Source of the DNA: Candidatus Latescibacterota bacterium
GTDB taxonomy: Bacteria > Latescibacterota > UBA2968 > GCA-2709665
Length of the DNA: 64,000 bases
NCBI GenBank assembly: GCA_965116875.1
Contig: OZ220733.1
Location: 2,592,001 to 2,656,000, forward strand
Direction: 5' to 3'
Shown piece by piece: positions 28,704 through 38,233 of this stretch. Both the position numbers and the translations under genes were made by a program. Numbering within the stretch: the stretch's first letter is position 1; each line of letters opens with the position of its first letter. The notes beneath the pieces are model-generated. The model was not told the DNA's origin, made no database searches, and was given only the letters and a program-made list of their open reading frames with translations.

Positions 28704-31208
28704 GTGACTTCCGATAAACGGACGACTTCCATGCCGGAAACAGCAGGTGAGGCGACCCTGCAGGACCGCGCCCGACTGGTTGTCATCGGCGCCGGCATCG
28801 TTGGCTGCAGCACGGTGTACCATCTCACCCGGATGGGCTGGAAGGACATTACGGTCCTGGACCAGGGGCCGCTGTTCGATACCGGCGGTTCCACGTCCCA
28901 CGCGCCGGGGCTGGTTTTTCAGACCAACTTTTCAAAGATGATGACCGGCCTGTCGGAAAAAACGGTTTCGCTGTACAACTCGCTGGACCTGGACGGCGAT
29001 CCCTGTTTTTATCCTGTCGGAAGCTTCGAAGTCGCGTACACGCCCGAGCGTCTGGAAGACCTGAAGCGCAAACGGGGCGCGGCCAGGGCCTGGAAGCTGG
29101 AAGCCCACCTCATTTCGCCCGAAGAGGCCAAAGCCAGGCTCCCCCTCCTGGATGCCGGTCGAATTCATGGCGCATACTACGTCCCATCGGACGGTATCGC
29201 CAAAGCCGTACGCGCCTGCGAAGCGATGGCGCGCGCCTCGGCGCCCGGCGCGGCGTTTCACGGCAGAACCACGGTTACCGGAATCGAGGTGGCCAACGGC
29301 AGGGTCAGGGGGGTCAATACCAGCCGGGGCCGAATCGCCGCGGACCAGGTGTTGATCTGCGCCGGGATATGGGGGCCGCGCATCGGCCGCATGGCGGGCG
29401 TCTCCATTCCGCTTACGCCCGTACAGCATCAGTACGCGCTCACCGCGCCGCTTCCCGAACTGGCGGGAGAGACCCGGGAGGTGGTCCATCCCATCCTGCG
29501 ACACCAGGACTTCGCCATGTATTTCCGGCAGCAGGGCGACCGGTATGGTATCGGCTCTTACAGACACGAGCCGCTTCTGGTGCGTCCGGACGACCTGGTC
29601 AGCCCGGATGAAGCACTGCGATCGCCCTCCATCATGGAATTCACGCCGGAACACTTCACGGCGGCGCGCGAAGCAGCGGACGAGCTTCTTCCCGCACTGA
29701 AACACACCGGCCTCGAGGACAGGATCAACGGTCTTTTCTCCTTCACGCCGGACGGGCTGCCCCTTCTCGGAGAATCCGTCGACGTTCGCGGGTTTTGGGT
29801 TGCGGAGGCCGTGTGGATCACGCACGGCGGCGGTGTCGGGCAGGCGGTGGCGGAATGGATGGACTCCGGCGCGCCCGAAATCGATCTGGGTGACGCCGAT
29901 CTCAACCGCTTCGGCCCGCACGTCCATACCCGGGAGTACATCGATACCCGGGGGGCGCAGCAGTACCGCGAAGTGTACGATATCATCCACCCGCTGGAAC
30001 AGATGGACCATCCGCGGGATCTGCGCGTCAGCCCGTTTCATCCGCGCCTGGCGGAACTCGACGCGGTGTTCTTCGAAGCCGCCGGATGGGAGCGCCCGCA
30101 ATGGTTTAAAGCCAACGGCGTCCTGCCGGACGAAGAAAGAGATTTGCCATCGCGCAACGGATGGGAGGGGCGGTTCTGGTCTCCCATCCAGGGCGTGGAA
30201 CACCGGGCCACCCGGCGCGGCGCGGGGTTGTGCGACATCACTCCGTTCACGAAGATCGAGATTGCCGGCGCCGGCGCGCTGGATTTCCTGCAACGCATCG
30301 CCGCAAACCGGATCGACCGCCCGGTCGGATCGGTGATCTATACGGCGCTGCTCAATTCACGTGGAGGCATCGCCGCGGACCTGACCGTCACCCGCGTGGC
30401 CGCCGACCGGTTCCTGGTGCTCACCGGCGCCGCTTCCGGGATGCGGGACCTGGCATGGATTTCCCGCCACGCCCGGGACGCAGTCGACGTACATATCGCA
30501 GACGTGACCTCCAGTCATTGCGGCCTGGGCCTTTGGGGGCCCGAAGCTCGAAGGATCTTGCGGCGGGTCTGCAGCGACGATCTGACCAACCGTGCATTTC
30601 CGTACTTTTCCGCGCGGGAGATCCGCATCGGCGCCGTCCCCGTCCTCGCGCTGCGGCTGTCCTACGTGGGAGAACTGGGGTGGGAACTCTATGCGCCGGC
30701 TGAATTTGGGCTTTGCCTGTGGGACGCGCTCTGGGAAGCCGGCGGCGATTGCGGACTCGTCGCGCTCGGCGGCGGGGCGTTCGACTCGCTACGGCTGGAA
30801 AAGGGATACCGCCTGTGGGGCGCGGATATCCACACGGAGTACAACCCCTACGAGGCCGGCCTCGGATGGGCCGTCAGGCTCGATAAGGGCGACTTCACGG
30901 GTCGGGACGCCCTGCTGAGAATCCGGAAAGAGGGAATCAGCCGGAAGCTCTGCTGCCTGACCCTGGATGATCCGGAAGCGGTTGTGATGGGCAAGGAACC
31001 CATTCTGGACGGCAGCCGCGTTCTCGGGTACGTCACCAGCGCCAATCACGGATACTCCATCGGTCAGTTCATCGCCTATGGCTACCTGCCGCTGGAATTC
31101 GCGAAGCCGGGCGCATCCGTCGAGATCGAATATTTCGGCCATCGCTATGCGGCCACAGTCTCGCGCGAACCGCTCTACGATCCCCGGGGGGAAAGAATGA
31201 AATCCTGA
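28704..31208 (+). CDS. GcvT-family FAD-dependent oxidoreductase (sarcosine/dimethylglycine dehydrogenase-like)
   Basis: GAGIVG Rossmann motif, 'GSTSHAPG', 'SYVGELGWE', 'SLRLEKGY'. Confidence 0.9.
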   Translation: MTSDKRTTSMPETAGEATLQDRARLVVIGAGIVGCSTVYHLTRMGWKDITVLDQGPLFDTGGSTSHAPGLVFQTNFSKMMTGLSEKTVSLYNSLDLDGDPCFYPVGSFEVAYTPERLEDLKRKRGAARAWKLEAHLISPEEAKARLPLLDAGRIHGAYYVPSDGIAKAVRACEAMARASAPGAAFHGRTTVTGIEVANGRVRGVNTSRGRIAADQVLICAGIWGPRIGRMAGVSIPLTPVQHQYALTAPLPELAGETREVVHPILRHQDFAMYFRQQGDRYGIGSYRHEPLLVRPDDLVSPDEALRSPSIMEFTPEHFTAAREAADELLPALKHTGLEDRINGLFSFTPDGLPLLGESVDVRGFWVAEAVWITHGGGVGQAVAEWMDSGAPEIDLGDADLNRFGPHVHTREYIDTRGAQQYREVYDIIHPLEQMDHPRDLRVSPFHPRLAELDAVFFEAAGWERPQWFKANGVLPDEERDLPSRNGWEGRFWSPIQGVEHRATRRGAGLCDITPFTKIEIAGAGALDFLQRIAANRIDRPVGSVIYTALLNSRGGIAADLTVTRVAADRFLVLTGAASGMRDLAWISRHARDAVDVHIADVTSSHCGLGLWGPEARRILRRVCSDDLTNRAFPYFSAREIRIGAVPVLALRLSYVGELGWELYAPAEFGLCLWDALWEAGGDCGLVALGGGAFDSLRLEKGYRLWGADIHTEYNPYEAGLGWAVRLDKGDFTGRDALLRIRKEGISRKLCCLTLDDPEAVVMGKEPILDGSRVLGYVTSANHGYSIGQFIAYGYLPLEFAKPGASVEIEYFGHRYAATVSREPLYDPRGERMKS

Positions 31209-31235
31209 CGGGTAAAACGGGCGTCACATAAATCA

Positions 31236-31421
31236 GGGCACCCACAAGGGGCGCCCCTACAACGTCGTGGTCGTTCGTGGGCGATTGCATTTGAGAGGCA
31301 CAAAAGAAATCGGGGAACACGCCTAATGGAATTTTGTACGTTGAATTGAGGACATATGTTGCGATGTCTGACCACCTGGGTGAAATTGTTTCAGGTGTAG
31401 GGGCGTCCCTCGTGGGCGCCC
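31236..31421. repeat. REP doublet (REPIN-like), left border of the island
   Basis: gggcacccacaaggggcgcccctac (31236-60) and inverted gtaggggcgtccctcgtgggcgccc (31397-421), 136 bp apart. Confidence 0.85.
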
Positions 31422-31448
31422 CGCCTGTCTTTTGCCTCGCTTGGGGGC

Positions 31449-31483
31449 TTGACATTGCATAAAAAAGTAATTACTATAATTAC
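31449..31483 (+). promoter_or_regulatory. Sigma70-like promoter with overlapping operator palindrome for the TA operon
   Basis: TTGACA-N17-TACTAT, overlapped by agtaattact / gtaattactataattac. Confidence 0.6.
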
Positions 31484-31525
31484 ATAACCTCCTTCACGAT
31501 TTTCATCCAACAAGAGGTCGGCAAT

Positions 31526-31768
31526 ATGGAAATCCGGGATGTCAAACTTATCGCTATTGGCAACTCCAGGGGTATTCGGCTACCGAAAGCTGTGCTGCAG
31601 AAATACGGATGGGGAGACTCGCTCGTAATGGAAGAGACCGAACGAGGAATTCTGCTTTATGGGAAAGAACGTAACAAGCTGTCCTGGAAGGAAACGTACC
31701 GCGAGATGGCCGCTGAGAATGAAGACTGGAGCGACCTCGATGCGACGATCGCCGATGGTCTGGACTGA
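31526..31768 (+). CDS. mazE: AbrB/MazE/SpoVT-family antitoxin
   Basis: 'IGNSRGIRLPK' motif, coupled to the downstream toxin (TGATG). Confidence 0.85.
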   Translation: MEIRDVKLIAIGNSRGIRLPKAVLQKYGWGDSLVMEETERGILLYGKERNKLSWKETYREMAAENEDWSDLDATIADGLD

Positions 31769-32100
31769 TGTCCACGTTTCCCCGCCGATACACGATATAT
31801 CTGGCCGACCTCAATCCCACCGTAGGTGGAGAGATCCGAAAGGTTCGCCCGGTTGTTGTCATCAGTCAGGATGAGATGAACAGGTTTCTGGATACGGTCG
31901 TCGTCTGTCCTCTTACCTCGTCGCTCCATCCTCATTGGCGGGCTCGAATGCAGGTCGAATGCGCAGGCCGAGAGGCTGAGATTGCTGTGGATCAGATTCG
32001 CACCATCAGCAAACAGAGACTAAAACGACGGATTGACAATCTGCTCGCCGAAGAAGCGGCACAACTCCGCCGCCTCATCACGGAGATGTACGGGGAATAG
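31768..32100 (+). CDS. mazF: PemK/MazF-family endoribonuclease toxin
   Basis: 'ADLNPTVGGEIRKVRPVVVIS...VVVCPLTS...DQIRTISK.RL'. Confidence 0.9.
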   Translation: MSTFPRRYTIYLADLNPTVGGEIRKVRPVVVISQDEMNRFLDTVVVCPLTSSLHPHWRARMQVECAGREAEIAVDQIRTISKQRLKRRIDNLLAEEAAQLRRLITEMYGE

Positions 32101-32250
32101 TAACGATCATGGAAGGGTGCGGATCCAACTGCCGCAGTAAACAAGTTTGCTCGAAATGAGATGAGGGTTCTCCTGCGCAATAAGGTCATTAATATACCGC
32201 AGCGAATCTGACGTAAGAAAATCGGCGTGGTCGATTCGTCGACTGAGCTG

Positions 32251-32283
32251 GCCGGTCCTCATTGATCGAGGATCGGCTTTTTT
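32251..32283 (+). terminator. Intrinsic terminator
   Basis: gccggtcctc-attgatc-gaggatcggc followed by T6. Confidence 0.6.
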
Positions 32284-32362
32284 GTCGATCGCCTGCGCAA
32301 GCCAACTTGATTCCAGGGTGAATATAGACTATATTGGACTATATCGGTTGAGAGGAGATTAA

Positions 32363-32647
32363 ATGACCACACAATATGACAAGCCAGGCCGGGTCTGGAC
32401 GGTCGCGGAGGCAAAGGCCCGCCTGTCGGAAATCCTGCGCCTTTCCGTAGACGAAGGCCCGCAGCGCATCGGCGTGCGGAAATCCTACGTCGTGGTGCCC
32501 GAGCATATATGGAAGGCTCAGGCGTCACCGCGCAAGCCGCTTGGCCGGTGGTTGATTGACAACATGCCGCGCGGCACGAATCTCGATATTCCTGCAGATC
32601 GAATATCCCGGCGGGAGATCCCGTTCGAAGGCAGAGACACCGGATGA
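32363..32647 (+). CDS. Phd/YefM-family antitoxin
   Basis: 'WTVAEAKARLSEIL...EGPQRI'. Upstream gactatat direct repeats. ATGA overlap with the PIN gene. Confidence 0.8.
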   Translation: MTTQYDKPGRVWTVAEAKARLSEILRLSVDEGPQRIGVRKSYVVVPEHIWKAQASPRKPLGRWLIDNMPRGTNLDIPADRISRREIPFEGRDTG

Positions 32648-33063
32648 ACGGGTTTCTCCTGGACACCAACGTCGTATCCGAATTGACCAGAAGCACGCCC
32701 GACACGCGGGTGATGGCATTCCTGGCCGCGCATCACGACCTTTGGTTGTCGGCCGTAGTCGTGCATGAGTTGGAGTTCGGCTTGCAGCTGTTGCCTCACG
32801 GACAACGGCGTGACCTCTTGAGCGCCGCGCTGGCGGGGATTGTCGACGAATACCAGGACCGCATCCTGCCAATCGACAGGGAAGGCGCAGAGTGGGCAGC
32901 GTTCTTTCGTTCGCAGGCGCATCGCGGCGGACGGGTGCTGGACCTGGGGGATGCGCTCATCGCCGGGACCGCCCGGGCACACGATCTGTCGGTTGCAACC
33001 AGAAACGTTGCCGATTTCAGCGGCCTGGACGTCAACGTCATCAATCCCTGGGAACCGCGGTGA
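32644..33063 (+). CDS. vapC: VapC-family PIN-domain toxin
   Basis: 'LLDTNVVSE', 'ELEFG', 'DALIAGTA', 'ATRNVADF...NPW'. Confidence 0.9.
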   Translation: MNGFLLDTNVVSELTRSTPDTRVMAFLAAHHDLWLSAVVVHELEFGLQLLPHGQRRDLLSAALAGIVDEYQDRILPIDREGAEWAAFFRSQAHRGGRVLDLGDALIAGTARAHDLSVATRNVADFSGLDVNVINPWEPR

Positions 33064-33076
33064 CGGGGAGAGGAAC

Positions 33077-33166
33077 GAGGGCACCCCTTGTGGGCGCCCG
33101 CCTGTCTCGACATCCGAATAATTGCCTTGGATAACACATTCGTAGGGGCGCCCCTTGTGGGTGCCC
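33077..33166 (+). repeat. Tandem REP pair with conserved 42-bp linker
   Basis: Degenerate REP, then gcctgtctcgacatccgaataattgccttggataacacattc, then gtaggggcgccccttgtgggtgccc (33142-66). Confidence 0.85.
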
Positions 33167-33352
33167 GGTTTATTTTCTGCCAACGAATCCTTGACAACAT
33201 CCCGTAAAGTAACTATATGACTTCTGTACCTGAAAGAATTGAACAGAGGTTCGCAATATGGCAAAGTCGAACGTGAAACATATTTCAATTCAATCCGCGG
33301 ACTCTCACCCGACTGTCGCTGATTACGGTCCGATTCAACAGGAGAACGTCTG

Positions 33353-33661
33353 ATGATTTCGATTGTCGAGGAAAAGGTCGACGAACTGCAGCGACTCTGT
33401 GTCCGTTACCGCGTACAGAAGCTTGATCTTTTCGGCTCAGCTGCCGGGGACAAATACCAGGGTGGCGACAGCGACCTGGACTTCCTTGTTGAATTCGAGA
33501 CCCTGCATTCGGGAGAATATGCCGACGCCTACTTTGGGCTACTTGAGGCTCTGGAACTGTTGTTTGGACACCGTGTTGACCTTGTTGTCGATTCGGCAAT
33601 CAAGAACCCTTTCTTCCGACAGCGTGTCGACGAGACCAGGACACCGCTCTATGCGGCTTGA
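33353..33661 (+). CDS. Minimal nucleotidyltransferase (MNT antitoxin)
   Basis: 'LFGSAA...SDLDFLVEF...VDLV' motifs. Confidence 0.85.
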   Translation: MISIVEEKVDELQRLCVRYRVQKLDLFGSAAGDKYQGGDSDLDFLVEFETLHSGEYADAYFGLLEALELLFGHRVDLVVDSAIKNPFFRQRVDETRTPLYAA

Positions 33662-33690
33662 AGCACTCAAATATCTGTACGACAAACAGA
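33651..33690 (+). pseudogene. Truncated 5' end of the HEPN/DUF86 toxin partner
   Basis: MRLEALKYLYD overlaps the MNT stop like a typical DUF86 N-terminus, then similarity ends abruptly. Confidence 0.55.
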
Positions 33691-33747
33691 ATAACGCGGA
33701 TGAACTGGCAAAAGCGGCTCCAATTGCGTACCGCAGAATTCAATTGT

Positions 33748-33850
33748 GTGTTTTGACGGCCACTTGTGGCCAACAAACTGATTTGATTGCCAAAAAATAT
33801 AGAAAGTGGCCAACAAATCGGTTTGTTGGCCGTAGACGACCCACAACGAC
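33748..33850 (+). repeat. Imperfect ~100-bp direct repeat, copy 1, with palindromic boxes
   Basis: gtgttttgacggcca... and ggccaacaaa-tcgg-tttgttggcc (33808-31). Colinear with 35061-35163. Confidence 0.7.
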
Positions 33851-33956
33851 TGTCCCTTAAGCATGTATGGAAGTAGGACGCTGCTTTTCTACAATGGCCG
33901 CGTAATTGCTAAGATGGTTGCGGCCCTGGTATGCAATCCAGGCTTGGATACGTTAT

Positions 33957-35069
33957 ATGACGCCTGTCCAATACCACGCCGGTCGTTTCCCTCCCGAAAA
34001 TCTCGACTGGTCAGCGCTCATTCCACTCATTGGCCCGGCCGCGGCGGCGGTGGCACGTTACGACGGTACACTTGCCACCATCCCAAACACCGGGATTCTG
34101 CTTGCGCCGCTGACAACCCAGGAAGCCGTGCTATCCTCGCGCATTGAGGGCACTCAGGCAACGATGGGCGAGGTGCTGGAGTTCGAAGCCGGACGGGAGC
34201 CGGATTCTCCCGCACGCAGAGAGGATATTCACGAAATAATCAACTATCGCACCGCCATGCGGCGGGCGGAAGAATTGCTGGTAAAGTTGCCGCTTTCCAA
34301 TCGAGTAATTCGCGAAGCCCACAAGGAGCTATTGGCCGGTGTAAGGGGAGAAAGTAAATCTCCGGGAGAATTTCGTCGCGTTCCCAATTGGATTGGCCCT
34401 CCTGGATGCACCCCAGATGAAGCCAAGTTTGTGCCGATTGGGGCGGACAAGCTTCCCGAGGCAATGAGTGCGTGGGAACGTTACATCCACATGGATGCGG
34501 CCGACCAATTGGTTCAACTCGCTATTTTGCACGCCGAGTTCGAAGCCCTGCACCCGTTCCTGGATGGCAACGGCCGTCTTGGGCGAATGCTGGTACCGCT
34601 GTTCCTGTGGCAATGTGGCCTTATACGATCTCCCATGTTTTACATCAGCGCTTTCTTTGAAACCCACCGTGACGCCTACTACGACGGGTTGCTTGCTGTT
34701 TCGAGTGACGACGACTGGACCGGATGGTGCCGGTTTTTCCTCGAAGCAGTCCGGGTTCAAGCTCAGGACAACTTGAAAAAAGCACAGGGCATTATCGACC
34801 TCTACGAAGAGATGAAGCGGCGCGTGGCCGACCTCACACAATCCCGCTATGCAGTGCATGCACTGGACTGGATCTTTGAACGTCCGGTTTTCCGCAGTTC
34901 TGATTTTGCGGCTTCCGCAGGGTTTGCTGGCAGGACTGCACGGCGGATACTGGATGTCTTGTGCGAAGGGCATGTCCTGCAGGTGTTTCATCACGGAAGG
35001 GGCCGCCAGGCAGCTGTTCTCGCATTTCCCGAACTTATAAACGTCGCAGAAGGCAGAAAGGTGTTTTGA
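33957..35069 (+). CDS. Fic-family protein (with C-terminal HTH-like region)
   Basis: HPFLDGNGRLGR Fic motif and inhibitory 'SSRIEGT' motif. Confidence 0.9.
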   Translation: MTPVQYHAGRFPPENLDWSALIPLIGPAAAAVARYDGTLATIPNTGILLAPLTTQEAVLSSRIEGTQATMGEVLEFEAGREPDSPARREDIHEIINYRTAMRRAEELLVKLPLSNRVIREAHKELLAGVRGESKSPGEFRRVPNWIGPPGCTPDEAKFVPIGADKLPEAMSAWERYIHMDAADQLVQLAILHAEFEALHPFLDGNGRLGRMLVPLFLWQCGLIRSPMFYISAFFETHRDAYYDGLLAVSSDDDWTGWCRFFLEAVRVQAQDNLKKAQGIIDLYEEMKRRVADLTQSRYAVHALDWIFERPVFRSSDFAASAGFAGRTARRILDVLCEGHVLQVFHHGRGRQAAVLAFPELINVAEGRKVF

Positions 35070-35163
35070 CGGCCATTCATGTCCCACAACGGACGTTGTT
35101 GGCCATTAAATAGAAAAAGTGGCCAACAAAACGTGTTGTTGGCCATAGCTGTCCAACAAACGT
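35061..35163 (+). repeat. Imperfect ~100-bp direct repeat, copy 2
   Basis: gtgttttgacggcca... and ggccaacaa-aacgtg-ttgttggcc (35121-44). Offset 1313 bp from copy 1. Confidence 0.7.
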
Positions 35164-35291
35164 TGATTCTGAAGAGTCCCGAGTCGAAACGCTTCAATAC
35201 GCGCCCGAGATCCCCTTGGCCGTTGAATGCAAAACTGAAACGCAGTTGATGTTCATGAATCTTGTTTGCTTGTAAGAAAGAACCGATCAAT

Positions 35292-38078
35292 ATGCGCCTA
35301 TCCTGGAATGAAATTCGTACCCGCGCCGCCAATTTTGCACGAGAGTGGAAGGACTCGGGGTACGAAAAGGGCGAGACGCAGAGCTTTTACAACGAATTCT
35401 TCGAGATATTCGGCGTAAAACGTCGCACGGTCGCGCGCTACGAGGAGCAGGTCAAACGCCTGGATGACTCCAGCGGATTCATTGATCTGTTCTGGCCGGG
35501 CGTATTGCTTGTTGAGCAGAAGAGCGCGGGACGTGATCTGGAAAAGGCACGCGAACAGGCAGACGCCTACTTCGACGCCTTGCCAGCGCACGAGCAACCA
35601 CGGTACCAGATGCAATGTGACTTTCAGACCTTCGAAATGATCGACCGGGACGAACGAGAGGAAGTGCGTTTTGCACTTGCAGATTTGCCGGATAACGTAG
35701 AAAAGTTCGGCTTTATTCTCGGCGTTCAGAAAAGGACGTTTAAGGACCAGGACCCGGTCAACATCGCAGCGGCGGAACGCGTCGGCCATCTCCACGACGC
35801 GCTGGCCGCTTCAGGCTACACCGGACACGACCTGGAACAATTCCTCGTTCGCATTGTGTTCTGTTTCTTTGCGGACGACACCGGCATCTTCGAGCCACGG
35901 GACATCTTTCTGGATTACCTGGAAAACCGTACGAGTGAAGACGGGTCGGATCTTGGCAGCCGCCTGATGCATCTGTTCCAGGTTCTCAACACGCCCGAAG
36001 ACCGGCGCGTTAAGACGCTCGATGAAGACCTCGACCGCTTCCCATACGTCAATGGCGAACTGTTTCGTGACACGCTTCCCATTCCGTCATTCGATTCTGA
36101 GATGCGCAGGAAGTTGATTGACGCTTGCAATTTCAATTGGTCGAGCATCTCACCGGCGATTTTTGGCTCGTTGTTTCAGTCGGTTATGGAGAAGGACCAA
36201 CGGCGCCGGCAGGGCGCGCACTACACCACCGAACAGAATATCCTCAAAGTAATCGAGCCGCTGTTCCTCGACGAATTGCGTGAGGAGTTCCGCACACTGA
36301 GGGCACGCCGGGACACTCGCCGCATTCCGGCACTTCACACCTTCCGGCAACGGCTGCGCGACCTGCGCATTCTCGACCCTGCCTGTGGCTGCGGAAATTT
36401 CCTCATCATCGCGTACCGCGAGTTGCGCGCGTTGGAAATCGAGGTACTCAGAGAGATTCACCCCAAGACCCAGACGGACGTCTTTGCCACCCAGCTTGTA
36501 ATTGTCAACGTCGATCAGTTCTACGGCATCGAGTTGGGGGAATTTCCGGCACGCATCGCCGAGGTGGCGCTGTGGATGATGGACCACATTATGAATGTCC
36601 GTTTGAGCCTCGAGTTTGGTGAGACATTCGCTCGCATTCCACTGGAGAAGGCGCCGCATATCCGGCAGGGCGACGCGCTCGAATTCGATTGGTCCGAACT
36701 TCTACCTGCGGAAGGATGTTCCTACGTACTTGGCAATCCGCCGTTTGTCGGGGCAAAATTCCAATCTCAAGAACAGCGTGAACAGGTACGCCGAATCGCC
36801 GCGCTGGGCAATAGCGGCGGCACGCTCGACTACGTCACGGCTTGGTTCATCAAGGCCGGAAAGTACGTAGAAAAAAGCTCGGCGCGAATCGGCTTTGTGG
36901 CGACCAATTCGATCACACAGGGCGAACAGGTCGCGCAACTCTGGCCGATTTTGTTCGAACGTCATCAAATGGATATCGCGTTCGCCCACCGCACCTTTGC
37001 CTGGGGTTCGGATGCGCGTGGCATGGCGCACGTTCACGTCGTGATCATCGGATTGTCCAAACCGGCAGATGCACCGAGACAGAAACGTTTGTTTTCATAC
37101 GAATCAGTCAATGGTGATCCGGAACAGACTCAACACGCGGTTCTTTCGCCGTACCTTTTCGACGCAAGCGGGTTGACAGATCGGCGAGTTGTTGTAAGGG
37201 AGGAACATGTACCTATCAATGGGCTACCGAAGCTGATTATCGGTTCGAAGCCTATTGATGGAGGCCACTACATTTTCAAAGCCGACGAACGCGAGGCCTT
37301 TCTCAGCCAGGAACCGGATGCTGACCCCTATCTGCGACCCTTCGTCGGAAGCCGCGAATTTCTGCAAGGCGGAATGCGCTGGATATTGCATCTGGCCGAC
37401 GTGCCACCTCAGATACTCAAGACTCTTCCGAAAGTTAGGGAACGCATAGCTGCCGTTCGTGACTATCGGTTGGCGAGCAAGAGCAAGCCAACCCAATCGC
37501 TCGCAATGACGCCAAAGCTCTACCATGTTAACGTCATTCCTAATGCGCCATTCCTGGTCGTTCCGGAGGTTAGTTCCGAACGGCGTGACTACATCCCAAT
37601 CGCATGGCTTGAGCCGCCAGTGATTCCGAGTAATCTCGTCCGCATTGTTGAGAATGCCAGCAAACCTCTTTTCGCACTCCTCACCTCCGCCATGCATGTA
37701 GCCTGGATGCGCCACATCGGCGGTCGGCTAAAGAGCGATTATCGCTATTCAATTGGCCTTGTTTATAATACGTACCCGGTGCCCCCAGTCCCGCCAGAAC
37801 GACTGGATCGCATTTCGTCGTATGCAGAAGCCGTTCTCGCCGCTCGCGCCAACCATCCAGAAGCAACACTGGCCGACCTGTACGACCCAGACCTCATGCC
37901 TCCCGACCTCCGCAAGGCCCATCAGGCTCTGGACCGTGCCGTCGACAAGCTCTATCGGCGGTCCGGCTTCACCTCCGAGCGCGAGCGCGTGGAACACCTG
38001 CTCGGACTGTACGAAAAAATGGTCGCGCCGGTGACTGCGATGGTGAAACCGAAGCGGCGACGGCGCAAGGCCAAATAG
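35292..38078 (+). CDS. MmeI-like (type IIL/IIG) fused restriction endonuclease-adenine methyltransferase
   Basis: N-terminal 'FIDLFWPGVLLVEQKS' nuclease motif, 'GAHYT', 'ILDPACGCGNFL', 'GNPPF', C-terminal 'TLADLYDPDLMP'. Confidence 0.9.
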   Translation: MRLSWNEIRTRAANFAREWKDSGYEKGETQSFYNEFFEIFGVKRRTVARYEEQVKRLDDSSGFIDLFWPGVLLVEQKSAGRDLEKAREQADAYFDALPAHEQPRYQMQCDFQTFEMIDRDEREEVRFALADLPDNVEKFGFILGVQKRTFKDQDPVNIAAAERVGHLHDALAASGYTGHDLEQFLVRIVFCFFADDTGIFEPRDIFLDYLENRTSEDGSDLGSRLMHLFQVLNTPEDRRVKTLDEDLDRFPYVNGELFRDTLPIPSFDSEMRRKLIDACNFNWSSISPAIFGSLFQSVMEKDQRRRQGAHYTTEQNILKVIEPLFLDELREEFRTLRARRDTRRIPALHTFRQRLRDLRILDPACGCGNFLIIAYRELRALEIEVLREIHPKTQTDVFATQLVIVNVDQFYGIELGEFPARIAEVALWMMDHIMNVRLSLEFGETFARIPLEKAPHIRQGDALEFDWSELLPAEGCSYVLGNPPFVGAKFQSQEQREQVRRIAALGNSGGTLDYVTAWFIKAGKYVEKSSARIGFVATNSITQGEQVAQLWPILFERHQMDIAFAHRTFAWGSDARGMAHVHVVIIGLSKPADAPRQKRLFSYESVNGDPEQTQHAVLSPYLFDASGLTDRRVVVREEHVPINGLPKLIIGSKPIDGGHYIFKADEREAFLSQEPDADPYLRPFVGSREFLQGGMRWILHLADVPPQILKTLPKVRERIAAVRDYRLASKSKPTQSLAMTPKLYHVNVIPNAPFLVVPEVSSERRDYIPIAWLEPPVIPSNLVRIVENASKPLFALLTSAMHVAWMRHIGGRLKSDYRYSIGLVYNTYPVPPVPPERLDRISSYAEAVLAARANHPEATLADLYDPDLMPPDLRKAHQALDRAVDKLYRRSGFTSERERVEHLLGLYEKMVAPVTAMVKPKRRRRKAK

Positions 38079-38233
38079 GACTGGCGGATCAGAACGATAG
38101 CTCAAACAGGGATGAACTTACTTCGTGACGAAATGGACTCGAAACATTTCAGCAGGAACTCTCACAAATCAGCAGAGTTTCGTATAACACGGACTGTTCT
38201 GGACTGCAAGACCGTGCAGGCTGTGGAGACCGC

